From Fimbriosthenelais zetlandica (taxonomy: Eukaryota): a DNA stretch of 64,000 bases. The stretch covers positions 18,972,001 through 19,036,000 of the forward strand of contig OZ365115.1 of the NCBI GenBank assembly GCA_977030845.1, read 5' to 3'. The position numbers and the translations under genes were made by a program. Position 1 is the first letter of the stretch. Each line of letters begins with the position of its first letter. Positions 27,271 to 38,900 of this stretch are shown here, one piece after another. The notes under the pieces are model-generated. The model was not told where the DNA came from, ran no database searches, and worked only from the letters and a program-made list of their open reading frames with translations.

Positions 27271-29184
27271 CTACGACAATTTCTTCGTTTTGCAATGGCA
27301 GTAAAGCCTTTTAGTAGGATTTTTCACACATATTGAACTGCTGCCATATCTATTCCTTCTAGCTATACCCCCTTGAATTTCTAACCTCGGCTGTTCCGAG
27401 TTCTCAAATGAATTGTTCTCCCCATCATTGGTAATATTCATGATGGTGCCTTCAAAAGATCCCTTTCCCGGATCTGTTGTCACTGACACTCTGTAATAAT
27501 CAATCTTTGTCAGATTTTTAGGTTCTCCTTCATATCCAACCATTTTTGATATGGAATTAATTTTGCTCAGATGTAACTTAAAACATATCTTTGTATCATT
27601 CTTCAGAATATTATTAATTTCTGTAACCAGATAATTGGCAATTGTACTTGATGAAGCATGGGAAATGTCAACTTTCTCTTTCTTGTGACACAGACAGTAT
27701 TGCAATTCAATCCCAGCTGCTTTGCATGACCTATATTTTGTTATCTCAGCAAATATACCTTTTCCAATCTTTCCCCTTGCAACACCAGTGAAGCTAATTA
27801 TATCTTGAAGTGTTTTGTGAATATCAAATGGTGTAACCAATCGACGAGTATTGGTTTTAACATTCTGCATGGCTTGTGGATACAAATCACGGAACTTCTG
27901 TGGAAAAGCAATGAACATAGCAGGCAGTCTGTCTTCCTTTCGCCCAATTTCTGTCTCCATGATCCCACCCCACCTAAAGCCATGATCTGCATAAAATAAC
28001 AAAATAGTGTTATTCCAAATTTCAAATTTCTCAAGTTTCTCAAACAGGTCCATGTATTCCTGGTCCAGATAGCGCAGATCATGCGGATAATCATGAGACA
28101 ATCCAACGCTAAAAGACGAAAAAAAGAACTTCTGACTATTGAATTTTCTGATTAGTTCCAATAAATAATCTAAGAGGAACCTAGTTTGGAGAAGCTTTCT
28201 TTCACATTTGGTCCGCGTCATGTTTTTCTCCCTCTCAACTGCTAGAATGCCAGGTCGAAGGTAATAGTCAAAATATGGTTTACGAAATCCTTTCGCCAAA
28301 TAATTGAACAACCCCATCCATGGACGGTCTTCACCATAATAAGTGATGTAGCCTGCCTTGGAATACTCCTTGAACACCATGGGTAAATAATCTTACGGTT
28401 CCTTCTTAGATTTTGTTATTTCCTTGGATGGGTACCCAGTGTAAAAGGGGATCATATTTGGGTAAGTGTTTAAACCAACTTTAGTGTAACCCTGAAAGTC
28501 AAAGGCTTTCAGCTCCTCTCGTATATATTTAATTGTTTTGGGAATGTACCTCAGTGCTGCAGATCTTGACATAGAATCCGTTCCAAGAAGTAACACATTC
28601 CAATGTGATCCATTGCTAACAGAAGAATTAACCTTACTGGCTACTTTATTTTCCAAAACGGCTGAGTGGTAATTTCGATAAACTATTTTCTTACCCTTGT
28701 AACATGTGACACGAACAAATTCAAACTTCATCTTAAATCCTTCACTTGGATCAATGAGTTGTTGATAGCCAAAGATCAGAGCATTGTCATTGCCCTTCTT
28801 ATTTTTGACTTCTTGATATAGACAGCTGATATTTCCTGTCCCGCTCATCTTTGTAAGGAGATCTTCTCTGAATTTTATCCAATCATTTTCTCGGTATGTT
28901 AGTTTTAATAACGGTTTGCAGAAGGTTACTGTTTTCCTAGTCAGATGCTTAGAAAGAATAGGGTCCCAGGGATCCATGACAGGAATCTTGCATGTCACAC
29001 TGTTCAAAACATATGTCTTATCATCTTGTCCGTCCATAGATGGTCCATTCGACAATTTATGTCTGGATGGAAACATGGTTGATAATGGAGCTGGCATTGT
29101 GGGATATCCTTTTGCTGTTATCCATCGCAAAAACAGTAAGAACAGAAGGACCGTGATGCTGTAGATAACATACTTGGTGTTCAA
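27271..29184 (-). pseudogene. DUF229-family copy 2, full-length frame interrupted by one in-frame stop
   Basis: 638 codons in one frame; TAA at 28393-28395 where copy 3 has TAT (Tyr). Own start exon AAG ATG|GTGAGT at 29833-29835. Confidence 0.75.
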
Positions 29185-29832
29185 CTGAAAGATGTAAAAT
29201 ACAATGTATAACATGTGCACGAAGGGGTTCAAATCAACGATTTGCAGTGGAACGTCGCCCGCCAGTCCCATCATTATATTTATACCGGTATAATATATTC
29301 GGTAACTTTGCTTGACAACATATATATTTGCCAGCTAACAAGAGTAGGCCTCATACATTGTCATGTATCTATGTTCACAGTGACTAATACGGTCACCTCG
29401 CATAACAGCCAGTAAAGTTGGCTAACCAGGTATTGTTCCATGGTATTAGTATGTACATGTATGGTATATATAAAATATACATTAGAAAAAGACATCCTCC
29501 AGCCGAATGTGAACAACATGCCTGTAGGCCTACTGGCCTACATGTAGGCCTACACATATGAGTATTTAGTGATCATTGCGGTATTTTGGGAACATAGGCC
29601 TAATTAATCTTAAGAAATCGCTTCTCCAGGGTGGGTTAAAGATGAGCGCTCCTTTTTTCTCATGTCACCATAGGTAGGACTATAATATATATATCACTAT
29701 ATATATGCCTCATCACCACACCTCAATTCTCGTCACAATGTACATCGGCCTAATTATGCCAAAAACACAGGAATTTCAACCACGAAGTTCTAGGAATAGG
29801 CAATATGAAGGCCTACATTAAAGGGTACTCAC

Positions 29833-29906
29833 CATCTTTGATAGGAAATAGCAGAAATCAAGGCAGAATCCTTCATAGAAAATCGGTTCAAAGGATTGTA
29901 ATGTTC
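29833..29906 (-). CDS. Start-codon exon of DUF229 copy 2 (only the terminal ATG 29833-29835 is coding)
   Basis: Acceptor ctcgttttag|G, donor ATG|GTGAGT (phase 0); paralogous to the exon ending at 33395. Confidence 0.6.
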
Positions 29907-30430
29907 CTAAAACGAGCCACGTGTATAATGGATCTACGGGCGTTTTAGGAGTGAAAGGTAGAACTTGTGTTGAGTCTTCATTGACATCCTTGACGAGCAA
30001 GCTTATCTTAGATAAGGTGACACGGATATTAAAACTGGTCAAATGGGTGTAGGCCTACTGGTAGTGATAAGTCTACAGTGACCACGGATAAGATGCGAAT
30101 AAGAGTAGGCGTAGTAACTAGAACAATGTGATTCCAGACCAAACCCGCAGCATATTTATTTCGGAGAATGTAATTGGCCCATTAAACCATCGGCTCACAA
30201 TTGATTAGGAAATGCGCCCTGCAGGACTATCTCCTCTATGCTTTAGTATAAGCTGGACAGATATTCCGCCTTATAATACTCAAGTTCTCCACTATTTTTG
30301 CTCAGGAGCACAGCAGTTCTAAAATATTATTAGGCCTAGATATGTTTTGTTTAGTTAGAATTTTTATAGAACCATATTATTGATGATTCAAGTTTTACGT
30401 ATGGGGGCTCTTTATCTACGTGCACATCTA

Positions 30431-30510
30431 CAGTCTGTTCACTCTAAGTTGATCCGAAACTCCCATACATGTGTACTGTGGTTTCGGATCAACTTAGAGT
30501 GAACAGACTG
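30431..30510. mobile_element. 80-bp Tc1/mariner-type mini-MITE forming a perfect hairpin
   Basis: Perfect 30-bp TIR (cagtctgttcactctaagttgatccgaaac), 20-nt spacer, TA on both sides. Confidence 0.8.
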
Positions 30511-30614
30511 TATATGTACATTGCCTTCTGTGCAATGGATAATTCTAGGTGCATGTGCTCTAGAACGTATGTACAACCACCAACACCCTAAGGAGGGAGG
30601 CATTGGAAATGCCT

Positions 30615-30706
30615 TGGACAGCTCGGGGTATCGAACCGCCGACCCTTCGATCATTGGTCAATCACACTGTATGAGCTGGTGCTCTAACCAACTGAGCTAA
30701 CTCCCC
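30615..30706 (-). pseudogene. tRNA-derived SINE head or tRNA pseudogene
   Basis: GGGGAGTTAGCTCAGTTGGTTAGAGC (A box, intact D arm) and GGTTCGATACC (B box), but acceptor, anticodon and T stems pair poorly and there is a ~18-nt insertion after CTCATA. Confidence 0.65.
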
Positions 30707-31077
30707 TCTTACCAAACAAATGCAAATTGATAAACTATAAATTTACATCTAAGATATCAAGTTTGATCTATTTATGAGATTATAACATTCACAAAGTGGA
30801 GCTAAGACCCCCAACCTTCCACCCTCCATCCACCCCCATCCCACACCTTCAAAAACGTTTCTCATAGATTTGCATTGATATCAGGAACGGCCCTGACGAC
30901 CTAGAAAATGGTTTTCCGTGATTGTCTTAACGATTCTCATGCCTGAATATCCCATCAGGGGACAGATTGTATCATCCATGATCAGTTCGGGCACTCCAGC
31001 TTGTTTCTTCCCATTAGATGTAACTCTGTAAAGTCTATGTATTCATGTAGGCCTATCATATATATGTATGATCAGAT

Positions 31078-32985
31078 CTACGACAATTTATTCGTTTTGC
31101 AAAAGCAGTAAAGCCTTTTAGTAGGATTTTTCACACATATTGAACTGCTGCCATATCTATTCCTTCTAGCTATACCCCCTTGAATTTCTAACCTCGGCTG
31201 TTCCGAGTTGCCAAATAAATTGTTCTCCCCATCATTGGTAATATTCAAGATGGTGCCTTCAAAAGATCCCTTTCCTGGATCTGTTGTCACTGACACTCTG
31301 TAATAATCAATCTTTGTCAGATTTTTAGGTTCTCCTTCATATCCAACCATTTTTGATATAGAATTAATTTTGCTCAGATGTAACTTAAAACATATCTTTG
31401 TATCATTCTTCAGAATGTTATTAATTTCTGTAACCAGATAATTGGCAACTGTACTTGATGAAGCATGTGAAATGTCAAGTTCCTCTTTCTTGTGACACAG
31501 ACAGTATTGCAATTCAATCCCAGCTGCTTTGCATGACCTATATTTTGTTATTTCAGAAAATATACTTTTTCCAATGTTTCCCTTTGCAACACCAGTGAAG
31601 CTAATTATATCTTGAAGTGTTTTTGTGAATATCAAATGGCGTAACCAATCGACGAGTATTTGTTTTAACATTTTGCATGGCTTGTGGATACAAATCACGG
31701 AACTTCTGTGGAAAAGCTATGAACATAGCAGGCAGCCTGTCTTCGTTTCGCCCAATTTCTGTCTTTACGATCCCACCCCACCTAAAGCCATGATCTGCAT
31801 AAAATAACAAAATAGTGTTATTCCAAATTTCCAATTTCTCAAGTTTCTCAAACAGGTCCATGTATTCCTGGTCCAGATAGCGCAGATCATGTGGACTGTC
31901 ATGAGACAAACCAACGCTAAATGACGAAAAAAAGAACTTCTGACTATGGAATTTTCTGATTAGTTCCGGAACCTCGTTTGGAGAAGCTTTTTTTCACATC
32001 CGGTCTGCTTCATGTGTTTCTCTCTCTCAACTGCTAGCATTCCAGGTCGAATGTAATAGTCAAAATATGGTTTACGAAATCCTTTCCTCATGTAATTGAA
32101 CAACCCCAACCTAGGACGGTCTTCGCCGTAATAAGTGATGTAGCCTGCCTTGGAATACTCCTTGAACACCATGGGTAAATAATCATACGGTTCCTTCTTA
32201 GATTTTGTTATTTCCTTGGCTGGGTACCCAGTGTAAAAGGGGATCATATTTGGGAAAGTGCTTAAACCAACTTTAGTGTAACCCTGAAAGTCAAAGGCTT
32301 TCAGCTCCTCTCGTAGATATTTAATTGTTTTGGGAATGTACCTCAGTGCTGCAGATCTTGACATAGAATCCGTTCCAAGAAGTAACACATTCCAATGTGA
32401 TCCGTTGCTAACAGACGAATTAACCATATTGGTTACTTTATTTTCCAAAACGGCCGAGTGGTAATTTCGATAAACCATTTTCTTACCCTTGTAACATGTG
32501 ATACGAACAAATTCAAATTTCATCTTAAATCCATTCCTTGCATTCCTTGGATCAATGGGTTCTTGATCACTAAAGACCAAAGCAGTGTCATTGCCCTCTT
32601 TATTTCTGACTTCTTGATATAGACAGCTGATATTTCCTGTCCTGCTCATCTTTGTAAGGAGATCTCCTCTGAATTTTATCCAATCATTTTCTCGGTATGT
32701 TAGTTTTAATGACGGTTTGCAGAAGGCTACTGTTTTCCTAGTCACATGCTTAGAAAGAATAGGGGCCCAGGGATCCATGACAGGAATCTTGCATGTCACA
32801 CTGTTCAAAACATATGTCTTATCATCTTGTCCGTCCATAGATGGTCCGTTCGACAATTTATGTCTGGATGGAAACATGGTTGATAATGGAGCTGGCATTG
32901 TGGGATATCCTTTAGCTGTTATCCATCGCAAAAACAGTAAGAACAGTAGGACCATGATGCTGTAGATAACATATTTGGTGTTCAA
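31078..32985 (-). pseudogene. DUF229-family copy 3, two frameshifts
   Basis: 16-bp deletion at 31969/31970 relative to copies 1 and 2, and an extra T in the run 31620-31624. Own start exon AAG ATG|GTGAGT at 33395-33397. Confidence 0.8.
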
Positions 32986-35084
32986 CTGAAAGATGTAAAA
33001 TACAATGTACAACATGCACTGTAAGACGTTTGGACGATTTACAGTGGAATGTCGCCCGACAGTCCTATCAATATAATAACTAGTAACTTTGCTTGACGGC
33101 CATCTTACGCCTGCTACTATACGCTACAATAAAATTTATGTATAGTTACAGTGACTAAAGCGGTCAGTTACAATAAAAGCCAGGCAGTGTAGGTACATGT
33201 ATAACCAAAGTTATTGTCTTTTTTTATCTTCCATGGTATTTACATGTGTAAATTAGAAGAAGATATCCTCCTAATGTGGAGTGGGCCTACATGCCTGTAT
33301 GCCTCCATATAGTAATACATAGGCTACAGTACATGCCTCATAACTACACCTCAATTTTCTAGGAATAGAAAACATGAAGGCTTACAGTACTCACCATCTT
33401 CGTTCGAGAAATCAAGACAGAATCCTTCATAGAAATTCGGTTCAAGTATATTGTAATATATTCTTATTATATGTAGGCCCTACTCCGAAAACGAGTCACT
33501 TGCGGGTCACTTGTTGTAATCTGCATGCGTTTCAGGGGTGAAAGATCAATGAGTGATTTTTAGGCATTATCTAATTTAACGCCTAGATAATTGAAATATG
33601 TAATAAAATGGTATTACTTAACCATTAAAGAAGTCATAAAATCTTTATCCCACAAGCTATACCAAATAAAGCTCATTTTGCATGATCGGGTCAGATCTGA
33701 CCTGGCTGATCACATCTGCACTATACAGATCGATGAGAGCCGGATCTGTGTTAAAGTATAGCATCTGTTTGGTTAAAATTCTTCAGAATAATTATTCGAC
33801 GAACTTTCAATTAGTAGGCCTTGTGTGTTATTTTCATTCTTAGACAGCATTATATTATTCAGTACGTCAGAAAGTTTTCATTTATAAATTATTTATTTAC
33901 GGGGATGACAGTCGGCCAAGGGGAAAAAAACTGAAAATATGTGGAGGACCCAAACCAGCATGTAACAAGATATCAACATTTTTGCGCATTTCAGGATGTA
34001 ACAGTTCTATTGCAATTCAAAATAATAATAAACAAACTAGTATAAGTAGGCCCTAACCTCCATCATTTATGGCACTTTTACCCACCTTTTGATTTGAATG
34101 GCCTTCAGATCTTGGTCAGATCAAGCCGATCATGATCTGATCTTCATACACATTATACTGATTTTGATCAGATCGATGAAATTGGTGTATTGTTGAATGC
34201 GCTTTAGCTTTGTCAGGAAGTTGCGTTCATACCCATAAATAAATAAATATAATTATAAATCCAAGGTTAGGCCTACGCCATATGCCTACTTTGACTATGG
34301 CGACTTTCTTTACCATGAGACCAAACGGGTCAAAATTCACTTAGCAAATTGCAAAGATTAGGCCTATTATGTAGGCCTAGATGCATAATCTGTTTAATGC
34401 TCGACCCCCGCACTCCCATAGAACTTCACAAAGCTGCTAATATTGGTCCTTAAAGGGATGCTAAACACTAAGTTTGTGTAAAGTAATTTTCCCAGGTAGC
34501 CTAATTCTGACCTTAGATAGGCCTATTTGATTTTCCTTGGAGGTTTTTTAGGAGGACGGGTGTGATTAGACTCTCTCTGGGATCATTATTTATACCGGTA
34601 TGCCCATTACTAGGCAAATAAACATGGTTGCTAGGCAACAGATTCATTTAATAAAGAAAGGAAGTATGGGCATAGGCCTACACCAAACTCCTTGGAGGAA
34701 CTTAAATTTAAGGGGTTTAGAGTGATTATAGGCCTATTCTCCCTGGGCCAATTCATTTTTGAGACATCATTAATAATGCCCATTTTTGAAGTTGTATGAC
34801 CTTGTCATGAACTTGACCTTGGGGTCAAAGGTCAAATGAATGGAACATTTTAGTTGCCATAAGTGCACCTGCAAGTAAAGTTTTTATTCTAGGTAAAATG
34901 CTAAAAACATGAGATAGCCTAGGTAGGTAAATGTAGGCCAATCATAACAAGTTGAGGGCTCTTTTCCACACAAATGTGTGTCCATGGATAGGCCTACCGG
35001 TATTCCTGAAAACCTTGTAGGCTATAGGCCTAGGCCTACCCGGTCATAAATTAACACGATATTCCTGTAGGCCTATTCAGTACG

Positions 35085-35180
35085 GTATTCTGATTAGTGT
35101 AGGCTGCCGCTACGCCTAACGTAGGCCTATTCAGTATTCTGATTAGTGTAGGCTGCCGCTACGCCTAACGTAGGCCTATT
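35085..35180. repeat. 49-bp perfect tandem duplication
   Basis: gtattctgattagtgtaggctgccgctacgcctaacgtaggcctatt at 35085 and 35134. Confidence 0.9.
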
Positions 35181-35851
35181 AGGTCTCGCTCTAGGCCCCT
35201 ATTTAGTTCATTTAGCCGAGGCCTAGGCCCTAGGCCTACATTGCCATTAATCAAACTTATAGCCTAATGCATGCACATGCAGTCTTACTCTTAGGCCTAG
35301 GCCTACCTGGTCCTGGAATCTTCAGCACGGAAGCACTAGCTCTGACAGTCATGTTCTTTCTTCTTTCGGCTTATCTCATTTAGCATCCTAGTCCTAGGCC
35401 TATAAAACCATGAATAATCCCTTTCGTTTCTTTTCAATTGACTTTAAATCACCTCATGCAGTCTCTAGGATGTTCTGGAGTAGGCCTAGATGCAAGTGAT
35501 TTTTTTTATCCGTAGGCTTATTGATGGAATTAGGAAGAACTGGAAGAAATTTGGAAATCTGTAGGCCTAGGCCTTAGGCTTAGTGTAAGCCTCTAGAGTC
35601 ATAGGCCCTACCTGCAAAAAAGTGAGAAAAATGTTCGTCATGCTTGACTTAGGCCCAACAATAACAACATTGCATGCCACATGGGTCACGTGTGTGTACG
35701 GTAGAGAAACTAAAAGTGACAAAAAAAGCCTTTTGTACATCTTACAACTTTGAAATAACTGTCGGCCAAGTATCTCTACAAGTTAATTATGGCCCCTGTT
35801 TAACCCCGGGTTTTTAAGTCAAGTAAAATGCCTTCAATTTCAGAAAAAATC

Positions 35852-35951
35852 AGCTTACCATGTCACTGTTAGCATGTTGTGCCGCACCGACTTCCCACGA
35901 GATGGCGCTGCGGCAGATCTACAATCCAAGATGGCCGCCTCCATGCTCAAG
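35852..35951. promoter_or_regulatory. Compact head-to-head promoter region: BCAT exon 1 (+) and a minus-strand first exon
   Basis: Minus-strand donor ATG|GTAAGC (exon end 35859) about 70 bp from the BCAT ATG (35931); two YY1-like AGATGGC motifs; locally GC-rich. Confidence 0.55.
35931..35951 (+). CDS. BCAT: BCAT exon 1 (MAASMLK)
   Basis: Strong context CAAG ATG G, donor AAG|GTTTGT, phase 0 matching exon 2. Confidence 0.65.
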
Positions 35952-38900
35952 GTTTGTTTATTGTCCTTATGTTTTGAACCTTATCGCCATTTAGAGGTCA
36001 GATTTGCTCCATATAAAGGTATGTCAGACAAGATAAGGAGGGAGTGGTATAGGTGGTATTAGAATAGGATTGTGTAAGGGTGAGTGGCATTCTTGAGACG
36101 TGATTTTGGTTCACATGTGTGCCTCTTCACGGTCTTGCGGACAGTGACACGGGAAGGGAAGGTGTGTTCTCAATGATGAAATGCCATTGGTCGCCATCGA
36201 CCTCCAAATGAGGGCTTGGCTCCATCGATTATTTCTTCCTTTCATTCATGAAGTACTACGCCTGGTCATAATATGTACAAGAAAATGACCATGTCGCCTT
36301 ATAGACAGTAGTGTACATCATAAACCCTAACAAATTGCACAGGCAATGCCCATGACATGAGCATTGCCAAGCCCCATGGCATTGGCATTAGGCCTATACA
36401 GATACTCACAGGTAACTAAGTCAGGCATTGCAAGTCTTGGTAAGGTAGGAAATAGATAGAACTGAACTACACCCCCACTTTTCCCTTTCCTTTAATCACT
36501 GGTAAAAAGAATTACTACCTGTGGATAGTTTTTGCCCTGATAAAACAAGTTGAGTTTTTTTTTTACTTCAAATTTACTTTTTATTATATTACTTGGATCT
36601 CTACTAGATCTATACCTTTTACCGTACATGATGATGATATGTTTTCTATGCGAGTAAGGATATTTCCCTTGAGCTTGAGCTCATTCTTTTTATTCCTTGT
36701 ATGTACATGTATACAAAAAATGTGCAGTAAAGCAATTTAAGTATCCAGAAATAGCATTATAGCCAGACTGTGACAACGTTACAGTCTAATAATATATGCT
36801 ATGTCTGGCGAAGTTAAAATGATGCAATACCAATGGCAATGGCATGTACCGGTACGTCTTTTAAGTAATTAAATATTTCTTGTAGCCTTGGGCCTATATA
36901 TTAATTATAACGTATATTCTCAGAATAAGCCAGTCCCATCATCAACTCCACCCCCGACTGCCTCATAATACTGAAGCAACATTAAATGATTAAATACGTA
37001 ATAAAGCATCTAAGGACAAAGGTCTGTGATATGCTGACGTCATATGTAATTTGGGGAATTTTCATATTTTGAGATAAATACACGGAAGTTGAAGGTGTAG
37101 GCCTAACAATAATAACATGACTGTCATTGCATCATCTATATGCATACAGTACTGTTAGTCATCCAGTCTTCAGTGATATGCATACACTGTAGAATTATAT
37201 ACTTATCTGTTAAGAACCTCCAACTTTCCCAGCAAACCGGTACCATATATAATTGGGTGAACCAATCCCAGCTAGATATAACGGTATTAATCGCGCTTCT
37301 ACGAAGTAGAATAACATTTTATAAGTAGACTCTCACGTGTGATGTAAATTCCTTATTAAGGTGCTCAGAGCGCTTAAACCATATTATTAGTTCGTGACTG
37401 AGGAGTTCACTACCTTGTAGTTAAAAGTTCACCACACAAGATCATTTGTTTTGTCAAGTACCAGTCACTATAATCGGTTTAAACCTGTGTCCTGCAATAT
37501 TTGGATCTTGCGGTACCTACTATCAATTGCACCTCAATTGCAAGTAAGTGGATTGAGTAATCGATTTATATATTTTTTGTTATCAACTGATATGGTATCA
37601 ATATGCAAGGTTCCCTCGTGGCATTAAAGAGTCTTAAATTGGTGGTGGGAAATTCAAGGCCTTAATAAGTCTTAAATTTCGGCCTTTTAGGTCCAAATGG
37701 TCTTTAAAAAAAAATCTTAAATTTGTTGACGTCATTACCGACGATATTATTAACTATTTTTTCGATGATTTAACTGGCGGTTCTGTCGACTATCTATTGT
37801 AAGAAAGTATCTATTTTAGGTATTATTCTCTTTAAAATGAAGATCATCGGTCTTAAAAAGTCTTTTAAAAGTCTTAAATTTTACCATCGAACTGCAGGGA
37901 ACCTGATATGGTTGGTATGAATATGGTTGTTGATTGGTCCGATGGAGCTGTCATTCAATTAATAATTATACATATTAGTTCGTGGATCAAATTTAAGGTC
38001 TGGGTTGAATTTAACTGGTTTGGGCTACAGTGGGTTGGTATGTAACGTTTTCACACCCCTCCCTTATACATCAGATATTAATGCATTGTGCATGGATCGA
38101 GCCATGAATTATGTGATGTTTTTGAGCTCTTGACAAGGGCCTGCTTTAGTGAGCAAAAGCGGGAGAACCCATCGACATGAGGACCAACTCGTGGGCCTTA
38201 TCTCTTCCCCGGCCCAGGGGCCGCATGTTTCAGTCCCTACATAATTACTAAATTTTTATCCCCAGCCCTCTGTCTGTGGAGAGAGAGCAGTGTCGAAGCC
38301 ATGAATGATCAAACCGAAGGCTTTAAAAGGCTATCGGCGACATGACACAGCCAGCGAATTTGCATGTATATGGATGCGGCTTTATCCGCGCCTATTGTGA
38401 TGAATAGCCCCACTATAAAGGAAACCCCTCCTCATCTGCATTTATATACATTGTACGGTAAAGACTTGATAAAACCCCACGCTTCCAATTTTCATTTATA
38501 TACAATGTTTTGTAATGGGCGCCATAACATAAAGGGCCCAGGCATTTACATTTATATACATTGTATCAAGGCCAACACTGACAAGCTAGATAATGGCAGG
38601 CTTGGATTGATCACTGCAGGGCGTCAATCATTCTATCGAATCCTGAAAATGAGACTGGGCAAGCGACAAAGTCGAACATGCGCAGAGGATGGGGGAGGAG
38701 GAGGAGGAGGAGGGGAGAGGAAGCCCTGTTGTTGTTGGGGGCAGTATAATGAGACCATAGACCATAGAGGGCCTATCAGGATGAGGGGGCACAATTGGAT
38801 GGCATTGCCACCAGATGGGATTTGATTTGGATGGGAGTGTCCAGTTGGACACTGAAAATAAGGTGAACTAAGGTATATGGGTTATTTTCTAGGTTTTTTC

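Noticed and set aside
28369-28395. Programmed stop-restart or readthrough in DUF229 copy 2 (ATG 12 nt after TAA)
   Set aside because: That Met is present in all three copies, TAA-G is a poor readthrough context, and the downstream half would lack a membrane anchor.
30615-30706. Functional tRNA-Met gene
   Set aside because: Acceptor, anticodon and T stems do not pair properly.
22803-32965. Short overlapping ORFs on both strands within the DUF229 copies
   Set aside because: Antisense or alternate-frame shadows, repeated only because the genes are paralogous.
22290-33397. DUF229 triplet as a haplotype-assembly artefact
   Set aside because: The copies have distinct indels, different intron lengths (761, 648, 409 nt) and unrelated spacers; read depth would settle it.
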